Positions 9,531 through 18,853 of a stretch of DNA of 64,000 nucleotides are shown here, in pieces. How positions within the stretch are numbered: the stretch's first letter is position 1; the number at the start of each line of letters is the position of its first letter. The translations under genes and the position numbers were made by a program. The stretch lies in NCBI GenBank assembly GCA_965262725.1, contig OZ253555.1:416001-480000 (forward strand), read 5' to 3'. This DNA comes from Dehalococcoidia bacterium. GTDB taxonomy: Bacteria; Chloroflexota; Dehalococcoidia; UBA2979. The notes beneath the pieces were generated by a model. It worked only from the letters and a program-made list of their open reading frames with translations, ran no database searches and was not told the DNA's origin.

Positions 9531-10544
9531 CTAGCGCTCCGCGTCCTCCGTGGGCGGTGCCCACCGGACCGCGCGCAGCGGTTCCGCGGCGGTGTCGTGG
9601 CGCAGGGAATGCCCGGAGAAGCGCCCCTCGATCCCGGCGGCCTTCACGCGGCGTCGGACGATGTCGCTGACGGTGTTCCCGCTCAGCGGCTGACCGCTCC
9701 GCGGGGCGGGCACCGCGCGGAAGACATGCTGCCCGGGATCGCGCTCTGCGTCCGGGAGGAGGGCGGCGAGCGCCTGGCGCGCGCGCTCGCTGACCAGCCA
9801 GAGGTCGACCGTGACGCTCCCGCGGATCTGGGTGTGGCGCACCGCGATCGCCACGCCGCCGGCCGCGACGTCCCTCCACCGCAGCGCCGCGGCTTCGAAC
9901 GGCCGCAGCCGGCAGTCGCGCATCACCAGCAGCAGCGCGCGGTCGCGCCGGCCGATCGCCGTGTCGGGGATCGCCTGAAGCACCTGGTCGAGTCCGGCGG
10001 CCGTGAGCGGGTCGCCGCGCCGCGCCGCGCCGCGCCGCCGGCTCCGCTGCTCGCTGACCAGGCGGAGCACGCTCCCCGCCCGCGTCGGATCGGGGAGTCC
10101 GGCGTCGCGGTGCTGCGCGGAGATCGCGCCGGCGTCGACGTTGACGGTCGAGGGCGTGCGGCCCTGCGCGAGGCGCTCGACCAGGTAGGTGCCGACGTCC
10201 TCGGAGGTGGCCGGCAGCGCCTCAGCTCCCCGCTCCTCGCACCAGGCCCGGAAGCGGCGCCAGGCGGAGCCGTAGGCCTTCCACGTGGCCGGCGTGCGCG
10301 CCTCGGCCGCGGTCGCGGTGCCGCGGCCCGCACACTGGTTGCACACGCGGGCGTCGTCCGGCCGGAGGAGCACGGCGAGACGGAGCGCCTCCGCTTCGCT
10401 CGCGTACGGGCCATGCCAGCGGTTGCCGGGACGACGGCTGTGGCCGCGACCGTTGTTGCAGTGCCGGCAGCTCGCCCTGTGGACGCGCGCGTGCGTGGCG
10501 GTATCGTCCTCGTGGACCCACCAGGTCTCGCCCGCCTCGCTCAT
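9531..10544 (-). CDS. Cre/Xer-like tyrosine recombinase with an N-terminal putative Zn domain; C-terminus lacks the catalytic Tyr region
   Basis: TWKAYGSAWRRFRAWC, RDRALLLVMRDCRLRPFE and FSGHSLR. The ORF ends about 20 aa after HSLR with no Tyr. Confidence 0.75.
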   Translation of the reverse strand: MSEAGETWWVHEDDTATHARVHRASCRHCNNGRGHSRRPGNRWHGPYASEAEALRLAVLLRPDDARVCNQCAGRGTATAAEARTPATWKAYGSAWRRFRAWCEERGAEALPATSEDVGTYLVERLAQGRTPSTVNVDAGAISAQHRDAGLPDPTRAGSVLRLVSEQRSRRRGAARRGDPLTAAGLDQVLQAIPDTAIGRRDRALLLVMRDCRLRPFEAAALRWRDVAAGGVAIAVRHTQIRGSVTVDLWLVSERARQALAALLPDAERDPGQHVFRAVPAPRSGQPLSGNTVSDIVRRRVKAAGIEGRFSGHSLRHDTAAEPLRAVRWAPPTEDAER

Positions 10545-11190
10545 CGGGTCTCCGGGGAGGGTGCCGCCCGGGGCCCGGCTCCGCGGCCGGATCCCGCACG
10601 CCGCGCCGCCATCGGGGCCACGCACGACCGGGCGACGGGACGCTCGCGGACTGCTGGACGGGCAGCCCGACGCGAGCGGCACGGCGCCGGAGCCGCTCCC
10701 GGGCCTGTTGCCCGGCGAGCCCGCCCACCCCCGCCGTCCTCCGCCGCCGGGTCGCCCCCGGGGATCGCGGCCGCTTCCTCTCCCTCCCGGGGGCCTCGAC
10801 GAGTCGAGGGCCACGGCACCGGGCTCGCGGCCGGGCCGCGCCGGGCGGCCGTGACGGGGCCGTCGCTCGACCGGCCCTCCGCCGGCGCGGGCGCGAAGCC
10901 GTCGGCCCCGGCCGCCTGCGGAACCGGCGGCAGGCACGCCGGGCGCGCAGTGCCCGTTCGCCGGCGAGTCGGCGTCGTCACCCCCGCGCCGAGCGGCGCC
11001 GCCGGCCTCCCACCGTGAGCTCGCGGCATGCCATTCACTCCCGCAGCTCCACGCGACGGCGGCGCCGCCGTCGATGCTGTAACGAAGGTTGTCCCAATCG
11101 TCGAGGCCGACCACCCATACTACGGGGAAGCTCTCGGCGAGAATGCCGCCCGAGCCTGCCGCGAAGCAGTCCGCGCTCGCACCACAGCCC

Positions 11191-11274
11191 GGCACCGCCC
11201 CCGCGATCGGCATTCCCGGGCTCCCGAGCCCCTCCGACCTGCTGAGCGGACTCGACCCGCGCGAGTGGGCGGCC
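11191..11274 (+). repeat. 84-bp near-identical copy of the 5' region of the trbL/virB6-like gene (31057-31140)
   Basis: Direct comparison shows one mismatch (AGCGGA vs AGCGGG). Confidence 0.95.
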
Positions 11275-11410
11275 CCCGATCGCACGCAGGTCGGCCTTGC
11301 CGGCCTTCAACTCGATGACCACCGTGGTCCCGTCGGGATCCTCCGCGGTGATGTCGATCTGGCTGGCGTCGACGGTCTTCTCGGTACCGCCGTCCACGAG
11401 GGCCGGAGCG
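11275..11410 (-). pseudogene. Fragment of a NucS-like PD-(D/E)xK endonuclease domain
   Basis: GTEKTVDASQIDITAEDPDGTTVVIELKAGKAD matches the ID...VVIELK motif. Confidence 0.65.
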
Positions 11411-11483
11411 ACCGGCCGAGCTACGGTCGCCGTGGCCCTGGTCGCGTAGGGCATCGTGCCGATGCTCTACCTCTGACCATCCG

Positions 11484-12263
11484 TCAGGATCGCGGCCGTC
11501 CGTCGAGCAGCGGCGCGACCAGCGCCCGCAGCACCTCCGAGGGTTCGCGCCCGCGCGCCTCCGCGAGGTGCCGCTCGAGGGAGTGGTAGACGTGCAGCGC
11601 CTGGTCGTCGTTCCCGTCGGCGAGGTGGATCCCGATCAGCACGCCGGCGGCGCTCTGGTGCAGCGGCGCGCTGTCCCATGTCCGCTGGGCGACGAGCAGC
11701 GCCTGGTCCACATCGCCGCGCGAGGCGAGCCGGCGCGCGTATCCGTCCAGGGCGCGCAGGAACCGGTCCCTGAACCCCGTGCGGGCGCGCTCGGCCCACT
11801 CGTCGTCCCAGCCGGCCAGCGGCTCCAGCATGAGGATCTCGTGGCGACCGTCCCCGGGCAGGGGCTGCGAGCGATCCGCGATGCGGGCCGCCAGCGCCTC
11901 CGCCTCCCACACGTCGACCGTCACGCGGGGGTGGAGGCGCAGCGTGTCGCCGTCCGTCTCGAGCAGGGGCAGGCGGGTCGCCCGCAGCCGTGTGAGCGTC
12001 TGGCGCAGGCTTGACCGGGCGCTCGCGGTCTCCAGGTGGGGGGTGAGCCGTCGGGCGACGGTCCTTCTGGGCAGGCCGCGCGGGTTGAGGGCCAGCAGGG
12101 CGACGAGGCGCCGGACGCTCTTCGGCAGCGTGCGCGGGGTGCCGTCCGCGGTGAGAGCGAACCCACCCAGCAGGGAGACGCGGACGTCCCGGGGCGCGGG
12201 GGTGCTCTCGCCGGTCCGCCGGACCCGCCGGCGCGTTCTGCCGACAGGAGCATCCGCTCGCAT
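11484..12263 (-). CDS. SARP-family transcriptional regulator (wHTH + BTAD), divergent from the Tad operon
   Basis: RBS GGAGG. VRVSLLGGF, SSLRQTLTRLR, VTVDV, PLAGWDDEW, PLHQSA...HLADGN and GREPS. Confidence 0.9.
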   Translation of the reverse strand: MRADAPVGRTRRRVRRTGESTPAPRDVRVSLLGGFALTADGTPRTLPKSVRRLVALLALNPRGLPRRTVARRLTPHLETASARSSLRQTLTRLRATRLPLLETDGDTLRLHPRVTVDVWEAEALAARIADRSQPLPGDGRHEILMLEPLAGWDDEWAERARTGFRDRFLRALDGYARRLASRGDVDQALLVAQRTWDSAPLHQSAAGVLIGIHLADGNDDQALHVYHSLERHLAEARGREPSEVLRALVAPLLDGRPRS

Positions 12264-12388
12264 CACATTCCTCCGTTCCTCCTCTCCCGCAGCGATCCAC
12301 CGGTTCCGGACGACCGGATCGTGCACGGCGCCGGGACGCACCGTTCCAATTCGCGCGACAAAAAGACGTTCCGCGTGTCCGGCCTGTG

Positions 12389-12439
12389 GTGAACCGACTG
12401 TGAACCTGTGGCGAGGGCTCCGTGCACCCGCCGTGACCC
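12389..12439 (+). promoter_or_regulatory. Heptamer direct repeats at 11/22-bp spacing (SARP-type operator candidate)
   Basis: GTGAACC 12389, GTGAACC 12400, GTGCACC 12422 and GTGACCC 12433, in the divergent intergenic region. Confidence 0.6.
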
Positions 12440-12616
12440 CTGGGCCACGCGCGGCGGCGGCGCCGGCGCGCACGAAATCAGCCGCGGCGCGCGATTCTGT
12501 CGCGGGATTTGGAACGGTGCGCCTCGTAGGGTGTTGCCCGTTTCGCCGAGAGCCGGCGCCCAGGTCGAGTGGCTTCGGAGCGGCGCCGGGTCGGCGAGAC
12601 GGGCGGGGGCGGGGCG

Positions 12617-13339
12617 ATGGCGGCCGAGAGCGCGGAGCAACGCGGACGAGCGGTGGCGCTGCCCCGCGTCGACATGCGACTCCTGGCCGGCCTCGCCCTC
12701 GTCGCCGTCTCGGTGGTGGGCGGCCTGACGCTGTGGAGCGCGGCGCGGACCACGACCCCGGTGGTGGTCGCCGCCCGCGACATCGGCTCCGGCGCCGTCA
12801 TCGAACCCGACGACCTGGCGCTGGCCGAGGCGCGGCTCGAGGACCCGCTCGCCGCGCTCGCCCTTCCCGAGGCGGAGCTCGCTGCCGCCGTCGGCCGCAC
12901 CGCGACCGGCACGATCCATGCCGGCGAGCTCGTGGTGCGTCCCGACCTGGGGAGCGGCCCGGTGATCGGTCCGGGCGAGCTCGCCGTGACGATCCCGGTC
13001 GAAGACGACGCCGTCTTCGGGCGGCTGCGCCGCGGCGCCGTGGTGACGGTGATGGCGACGAGCGACGCGGGCCAGCCGGAGAGCCGGACGGTGGCGCTCC
13101 TGGAGCGGGCGGTGGTCTACGCGGTGGCGCTGGAGTCGACGCGGGTCTCCCTCGGCGGGTCGGGCGACGCCTCGCAGGACGGCCGCCCCGCCAACGTGAC
13201 GCTGGTGATCCCCAGGGAGCGGGCGGAGGCGGTCGCGCACGCCCTGGTCAACGCCGAGCTGACGCTGCTGCTGCTTCAGCCGGAGCCCGGCTCCGGACCC
13301 GCCACCGGGCCCGCAGCAGGTGAGGGAGGCCGTCCGTGA
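12617..13339 (+). CDS. cpaB: Flp pilus assembly protein CpaB/RcpC-like (SAF domain)
   Basis: N-terminal TM segment, SAF motif VVVAARDIGSGAVIEPDDL; first gene of the Tad operon. Confidence 0.8.
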   Translation: MAAESAEQRGRAVALPRVDMRLLAGLALVAVSVVGGLTLWSAARTTTPVVVAARDIGSGAVIEPDDLALAEARLEDPLAALALPEAELAAAVGRTATGTIHAGELVVRPDLGSGPVIGPGELAVTIPVEDDAVFGRLRRGAVVTVMATSDAGQPESRTVALLERAVVYAVALESTRVSLGGSGDASQDGRPANVTLVIPRERAEAVAHALVNAELTLLLLQPEPGSGPATGPAAGEGGRP

Positions 13340-14574
13340 CGAGTGAGAGCGACCCGCGGGTGCTGCTCGCGGCCGGAAGCCGCGAGCTGGAGCGGCGGCT
13401 GAGCAGGGAGCTGGCCCAGGCCGGGATCGCCATCGGCGGGCGCTGCCTGGACGGGCCGAGCCTGCTGGAGCGGGCCTCTCAGCCCGGCTTCGATGTCGTG
13501 CTGGCGGCCGCGGAGCTGCACCGGCTCACAGACGGCGTGCTCGCGGCGCTGCGCGAGCGCCGGCTGCCGGTGGTGCTGCTGGCGGCGGATGCCGCCGACG
13601 CGGCGAGGCTCTCCGGGCTGGCGCGCGTGCTGCCCGCCTCCTCGCCCGGCGCGGTCGTCGCGGCAGCCCTGCGGCAGGCCGCAGCGCCCGGCGCGCGGCC
13701 TCCGGGCCCCGTGGACGCCGCCGGCTCAGCCGGCGGCGCGGACGCCCCGCCCGCCGCGCTCCCTCCCGCGGCGGTGCGGGACGTCCCCGGCGCTCACGCG
13801 GGAGGAGCAGGCGGCCGCGTGGTGGCCGTGACCAGCGGCAAGGGCGCGCCGGGGAAGACGACGATCGCGATCTCGCTGGCGGCGCTGCTCGGGGAGAGCG
13901 GCACGGACGTCGTGCTGCTGGACGCGGACCTCCGCGGCGGCAACGTCGCCGGGTACCTGGATCTCGACCCCCGGCGCGGGCTGGTGGGACTGGCGGCGGC
14001 GGGCGGGCGGCTCGACCGCGAGCTGCAGGAGGGGCCGGGCTGCTCGGTGCTCGCGGGCGTGGAGCGCCCCGAGCTCGCGGCGGGGCTGGCGGGCGGGGCG
14101 CTGAGCGGCGTGATCTCCGCGCTGCGCGAGCGCTTCGAGACGGTGGTGGTGGACCTCGGCGCGCCGCCTGATGCGGGGCTGCTGCGGGCGGCCGACGACC
14201 TGCTGCTGGTGACGGGCCCCGACCTGGTCTCGATCTGGAACGCGCGCACCGCGCTCCCCGCGATCCGGGAGGACACGGGCTCCGCCCTGCCCCGCGCGGT
14301 CGTGAACCGCCGCGAGGGCCGGGAGCACTACCCCGCCGGCGAGGTCGGGCGGGCGCTCGGCATGGCGGTCCTGGGCGTGGTGCGGGAGGAGCGCGAGAGC
14401 GCGCGCCGGGCGGTGTCGAGGCAGATCCCGCTCTCCGCCGCAGGCGGGAAGGTGACGCTCGACCTCCGCGCGCTCGCAGGGGCACTCGCCCCCGCGGCAC
14501 CGGCAGCGGCGGCGCCCGCCGAGGCGCTCCAGGGCGCCGACTGGCTGACGTTCGGTCTGGCCGAGGGGTACTGA
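13336..14574 (+). CDS. TadZ/CpaE-like MinD/ParA ATPase with receiver-like N-terminus
   Basis: VVAVTSGKGAPGKTT, LLDADL and VVVDLG. Confidence 0.85.
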   Translation: MTSESDPRVLLAAGSRELERRLSRELAQAGIAIGGRCLDGPSLLERASQPGFDVVLAAAELHRLTDGVLAALRERRLPVVLLAADAADAARLSGLARVLPASSPGAVVAAALRQAAAPGARPPGPVDAAGSAGGADAPPAALPPAAVRDVPGAHAGGAGGRVVAVTSGKGAPGKTTIAISLAALLGESGTDVVLLDADLRGGNVAGYLDLDPRRGLVGLAAAGGRLDRELQEGPGCSVLAGVERPELAAGLAGGALSGVISALRERFETVVVDLGAPPDAGLLRAADDLLLVTGPDLVSIWNARTALPAIREDTGSALPRAVVNRREGREHYPAGEVGRALGMAVLGVVREERESARRAVSRQIPLSAAGGKVTLDLRALAGALAPAAPAAAAPAEALQGADWLTFGLAEGY

Positions 14575-14575
14575 G

Positions 14576-15847
14576 ATGGTGGCGCCGGCCGCCTCGGGCG
14601 AGCGCGAGCGCGCGATCCGGAGCGAGGTGCGCGACGAGCTCCGGACGCTGCTCGACGCCGAGGCGCTGCTTCAGCCGGGGCCGGCGGAGCACGAGCAGGT
14701 GGAGCGGCTCGTCTCGGAGCGCATCGCGGCCTGGAGCCGGCGCTCGGCGACGCTCGGCGAGCCGGCGCTCATCGAGCCGGAGCGGCTCGCGCGCCGCATC
14801 CTCGACGACCTGCTCGGACTCGGGCCGCTGCAGCCCCTGCTGGACGACCCCGAGGTCGAGGAGATCATCGTCAACGGCCCGCAGCGCATCTTCGCGATCG
14901 CAGGCGGCAGCAAGCGGCTGACCGACGTGGTGTTCGAGGACGACGAGCAGCTGCTGGCGCTGCTGCGCCGCGCGCTCGGTCCGCTGGGGCGCCGTCTCGA
15001 CGAGACCTCCCCGATGGTCGACGCCCGCCTCGCCGACGGCTCGCGGCTCAACGCCGTGATGCCGCCGCTCGCCTCCGGCGGCACGCACGCCACGATCCGC
15101 AAGTTCCTGCTGCGGGCGCGCACGCTCGAGGACCTCGTCTCACTCGAGGCGCTCACGCCCGAGGCCGCCGCGTTCCTGGAGGCGGCGGTGCGCTCGGGCC
15201 TGAACATGCTGATCGCCGGGGGCACCGGCTCGGGCAAGACGACCTGCCTGAACGCGCTCGGGTCGTCGGTCTCGGGGCTGACGGAGCGGGTCGTCACCAT
15301 CGAGGAGACGGCGGAGCTCCAGCTCGAGCCGGTGCTGCCGGACTGCGTGGCGCTGCAGGCGCGCCAGCCCAACGCCGAGGGCGCCGGCGGCGTCCCGATC
15401 CGCGCGCTGGTCAAGAACGCGCTGCGCATGCGGCCGACGCGGATCGTGGTGGGCGAGGTCCGCGGCGCCGAGGCGCTGGACATGCTGACCGCCATGAACT
15501 CGGGCCACGACGGCTCGATGTGCACCATCCACGCCAACGGTCCGCGGGAGGCGCTGACCAAGCTCCGCACCTACGCGCTGATGGCGGAGGAGGCGCTCCC
15601 GGCGCAGGCCGTCACCGAGATGATCGCCGAGGCCATACAGCTCGTCGTGCACCTGCGCATGGACCCCTCGGGCCGGCGCCTCGTCTCGAGCATCTACGAG
15701 GTCACGGGCCTGGAGGGCGACCAGGTCGCCGGGAGCGAGCTCTTCGCGCGCGGGGCCGGCCGGCTCGCGTGGACCGGCATCCGCCCCCGGCGGGCGGCGC
15801 GGATGCTTGAGGCCGGCTACCCCGGACCCGGCGCGAGCGGTTCGTGA
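14576..15847 (+). CDS. tadA: Tad pilus assembly ATPase TadA/CpaF
   Basis: GLGPLQPLLDDPEVEEI, GGTGSGKTT, LRMRPTRIVVGEVRG and AMNSGHDGS. Confidence 0.95.
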   Translation: MVAPAASGERERAIRSEVRDELRTLLDAEALLQPGPAEHEQVERLVSERIAAWSRRSATLGEPALIEPERLARRILDDLLGLGPLQPLLDDPEVEEIIVNGPQRIFAIAGGSKRLTDVVFEDDEQLLALLRRALGPLGRRLDETSPMVDARLADGSRLNAVMPPLASGGTHATIRKFLLRARTLEDLVSLEALTPEAAAFLEAAVRSGLNMLIAGGTGSGKTTCLNALGSSVSGLTERVVTIEETAELQLEPVLPDCVALQARQPNAEGAGGVPIRALVKNALRMRPTRIVVGEVRGAEALDMLTAMNSGHDGSMCTIHANGPREALTKLRTYALMAEEALPAQAVTEMIAEAIQLVVHLRMDPSGRRLVSSIYEVTGLEGDQVAGSELFARGAGRLAWTGIRPRRAARMLEAGYPGPGASGS

Positions 15848-15977
15848 TGCGCATTCCCTCTGGTGTCGGCCCGGGCGCACGGCTGTGCCGGCCGCGGCCC
15901 GTTCGGACCACGCACGGGCCGTTGGCCGTCCGTCGCCGAGGGGGTGCTCACCACGTTCCGGGTGAGAGGAGCCTCCC

Positions 15978-16856
15978 GTGCACGTCGTGCTGAGCCTCGC
16001 CTTCGGGCTCGGCCTCTACCTCATATTCCGCTGGCTCGCCGGCGGGCAGCCCGAGGTGCGCCCCGACGAGGACCCGAACGAGCGGCCCGCGGGGCGCGTC
16101 GGCTGGATCGCGCGGCGCCTCGCCTCGCCCGGCGCGGACGGGGTGGGCCTCCGCGAGCTGGCGCCGGCGAGCGCGGCCGCGGGTGCGGCGAGCGCGCTCC
16201 TCTCCCAGCTCTTCTTCGGCTGGCCGGTGGTGACGCTCGCGGCCGCGGGCGCCGGGCTGCTGCTCCCCACCTGGTACTACCGGCAGCGCGCCCAGAGGCG
16301 CCGCGGCGAGATCGAGGAGGCGGTCGGCGAGGCGGTCGAGACGCTGCGCGACGCCGTGCGCATCGGGCTCGGCGTCGAGGAGGCGCTGCGCGCGCTCGCC
16401 GTGACCGGTCCCGCCGCGCTGCGGCCGGTCTTCAGCCAGGTGGAGCGCGACCTCCGGCTGGCCGGCTTCGAGGAGGCGCTGGACCGGGCGCGCGAGCGGC
16501 TTCAGGAGCCGCTCTTCGACACGCTGGCGGTGGCGCTCCTGACCGCCTACCGCATCGGCGGCCGCAACCTCGCGGCGGTGCTCGACGGGCTCAGCCACTC
16601 GGTGCGCGGCAGCGTGCAGGTGCGCCGCGAGGTGCGGGCCAACCAGGCCCAGAACGTGCTGTCGGCGCGGGTGATCGCGGCGCTGCCGCTGCTCTTGATC
16701 CTGGTCATCCGCGGCTCCAACCCGAACTACCTGGCCGCCTTCTCGCAGCCCGTGGGGCAGGCGGTGCTCGCCTGCTGCCTGCTCAGCATCACCGTCGGCT
16801 ACACGGTGATGCTCCGGCAGGCGGCGCTGCCGGGCCAGGAGCGGGTGCTGAGGTGA
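15978..16856 (+). CDS. tadB: TadB (type II secretion F-domain membrane protein)
   Basis: TM segments, GGRNLAAVLDGL...SARVIAALP, and position after tadA. Confidence 0.88.
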   Translation: MHVVLSLAFGLGLYLIFRWLAGGQPEVRPDEDPNERPAGRVGWIARRLASPGADGVGLRELAPASAAAGAASALLSQLFFGWPVVTLAAAGAGLLLPTWYYRQRAQRRRGEIEEAVGEAVETLRDAVRIGLGVEEALRALAVTGPAALRPVFSQVERDLRLAGFEEALDRARERLQEPLFDTLAVALLTAYRIGGRNLAAVLDGLSHSVRGSVQVRREVRANQAQNVLSARVIAALPLLLILVIRGSNPNYLAAFSQPVGQAVLACCLLSITVGYTVMLRQAALPGQERVLR

Positions 16857-17797
16857 CGGCCGCGCTCGCCCTCAGCTGCGCGCTCGGCGCCGGGCTCTGG
16901 CTGATGCTGATGGGGCAGCCCGTGGGGCGGCCTCGCCCCGAGCTCGGGGCGAGGCTCCGGCGGCTCTCGGTGCAGGAGCGGATGGCCCAGGAGGAGCGCG
17001 CCGGCGCTCCCGGCGCGCCGATGTTCCGCTGGGCGCTGCTGGAGCGGCTGCTGCGCCCGCTGCTGGAGGACGCCGGCGGCGCGGCCTCGGGGCTGCTCAG
17101 GCGCCTCGGCCTCGAGGCCGGGGACCTCGACTCACGGCTCGCGCTCGGCTGGCCGGGGATGAGCGCTCCGCAGTTCCGCGGGCAGCAGCTCGCAACCGGC
17201 GCCGTCGCCGCGCTCGTCCTCCCCGCCATGAACGTCCTGGGCGTGCACCCCTTCGGGGCGTGGCCGGTGTGGCTGTGGGTGGGGGCGTTCGCAGCCGGCT
17301 TCGCCGCCCCGAGCTGGCAGCTCGCGGGCCGGCTCACGAAGCGGCGCCGCGCGATCCACGCCGAGCTGCCGGTGGCGCTCGACCTCTTCGTGATCGCGGC
17401 GTCGGCCGGGCTCTCCCCGGAGCAGGCGCTGGTCGAGGCCGGCCGTCAGCTGGACGGCGTGCTGGGCGGGGCGCTGCGCGAGGTGGTGCGCGAGGCCGGG
17501 CTCGGCACGGTCGAGGGTGCCGAGGGGCTGCAGCTACTCGCCGACCGCGAGGGCATCGCCGAGCTGCGCTCGCTCGCCGGCGCGTGGCAGCTCTCGCACA
17601 CGCAGGGCCTGCCGCTGGCGCCGGCGATCCTCTCGCTCGCGGAGACCGTGCGCGACCGCAGAAGGGCGCAGCTCCTGGAGGAGGGCGGCAAGGCGGCCGT
17701 CCGGATGCTGTTCCCGGTCACGATTTTCATCTTCCCGGTGTTCCTGGTCGTCCTGCTCTACCCCGCCGGGGTGGAGCTGCTCGGCCTGGGCAAGTGA
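16853..17797 (+). CDS. tadC: TadC (type II secretion F-domain membrane protein)
   Basis: GTGA overlap with tadB. ELPVALDLFVIAASAGLSPEQAL and MLFPVTIFIFP. Confidence 0.88.
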   Translation: MTAALALSCALGAGLWLMLMGQPVGRPRPELGARLRRLSVQERMAQEERAGAPGAPMFRWALLERLLRPLLEDAGGAASGLLRRLGLEAGDLDSRLALGWPGMSAPQFRGQQLATGAVAALVLPAMNVLGVHPFGAWPVWLWVGAFAAGFAAPSWQLAGRLTKRRRAIHAELPVALDLFVIAASAGLSPEQALVEAGRQLDGVLGGALREVVREAGLGTVEGAEGLQLLADREGIAELRSLAGAWQLSHTQGLPLAPAILSLAETVRDRRRAQLLEEGGKAAVRMLFPVTIFIFPVFLVVLLYPAGVELLGLGK

Positions 17798-17831
17798 GAC
17801 GGCTGGTCATGGACCGGAAGGGGGTGTGGTG

Positions 17832-18014
17832 ATGCTGACGAGGATCCATGGGGTGGTGCGGAGGCTGCACGAGGACGAGCGCGGTGCGGCGATGGTCGAG
17901 TACGCGATCGTCACCGCCGTGATCGCGGTCGTGGCGCTGACCGCGGCGCAGGCGATCGGCACCAGCGTGGTCGGGGTGTTCACCGACATCTCCGCCGCGC
18001 TGGACGGGATCTAG
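17832..18014 (+). CDS. flp: Flp-family type IVc pilin (60 aa)
   Basis: DERG/AAMVEYA Flp motif followed by a hydrophobic helix. Confidence 0.92.
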   Translation: MLTRIHGVVRRLHEDERGAAMVEYAIVTAVIAVVALTAAQAIGTSVVGVFTDISAALDGI

Positions 18015-18024
18015 GCCGCGCCGC

Positions 18025-18411
18025 GTGCGCGCGGGCGAGTCGGGGCAGAGCACGCTCGAGCTGGCGCTCGTGCTGCCGGCGCTCCTGGTCGTGCTGGTGG
18101 GCGCGGTGCAGTTCGCGCTCATCCAGCACGCCCGGAACGTCGCCGACACCGCGGCCGCGGAGGGCGCGCGGCTCGGCGCCGCGGAGGGTCACACGCTGCT
18201 CGAGGGCGCGGAACGCACGCGGGAGGTGCTCGCGTCCGGGCTCGGTGCGGCCGGTGCGGCCTTCTCCGTCCGGGCGGAGGACCGGGGCGGGACGGTGGTG
18301 ACCGAGGCGAGCGGGCAGTACCGGCTCTTCATCCCGTGGGTGAGCGACCTCGCCGTCGCGATCGAGTCGCGATCCGAGGTCCGCAAGGAGGGACTGCGCA
18401 GTGGTCCGTAG
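18025..18411 (+). CDS. tadE: TadE-family pseudopilin
   Basis: ESG/QSTLELALVLP...AAAEGAR. Confidence 0.88.
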   Translation: MRAGESGQSTLELALVLPALLVVLVGAVQFALIQHARNVADTAAAEGARLGAAEGHTLLEGAERTREVLASGLGAAGAAFSVRAEDRGGTVVTEASGQYRLFIPWVSDLAVAIESRSEVRKEGLRSGP

Positions 18412-18853
18412 AGCGTTTCGGGCGCTGCTCCGGCCGGCCGCCGGCGAATCCGGCGGCGTGCTCATCGAGGCCGCGCTGGTGGTCCCGGTGGTCCTGCTGG
18501 TGGCCTTCGGCGTCCTGATGGCGGGGCGCATCGTCCACGCGCAGATCGGCGTGGCGGCCGTGGCGCGCGAGGCGGGGCGCACGCTCGCCCAGGCGCCGTC
18601 CGCTCAGGACGGGCTCGCCAGCGCCCGCTCGCGCGCGCTGGCCGTGGCGGACGGGCACGGGCTTCAGGCGGCGGAGCTCGACCTCGTGCTGGAGGCGGGG
18701 ACGTTCCGCCGCGGCGGCACGGTGCGCGCCATCGCCTCCTACCGCGTCGCGCTCGGCGACCTGCCGATGCTCGGCCGGCTCGGGGTGACGGTCCGGAGTG
18801 CGCACGCGGAGCGCGTCGAACTCTACCGCAGCCGGGCGGCGGTGCGACCGTGA
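18401..18853 (+). CDS. TadE/TadF-family pseudopilin
   Basis: ESG/GVLIEAALVVP...VAREAGR. Confidence 0.85.
   Translation: MVRRAFRALLRPAAGESGGVLIEAALVVPVVLLVAFGVLMAGRIVHAQIGVAAVAREAGRTLAQAPSAQDGLASARSRALAVADGHGLQAAELDLVLEAGTFRRGGTVRAIASYRVALGDLPMLGRLGVTVRSAHAERVELYRSRAAVRP

Noticed and set aside
8221-9534. IS110-integrase fusion protein (437 aa)
   Set aside because: It is a chance in-frame read-through of two truncated remnants joined by low-complexity sequence, and neither catalytic set is complete.
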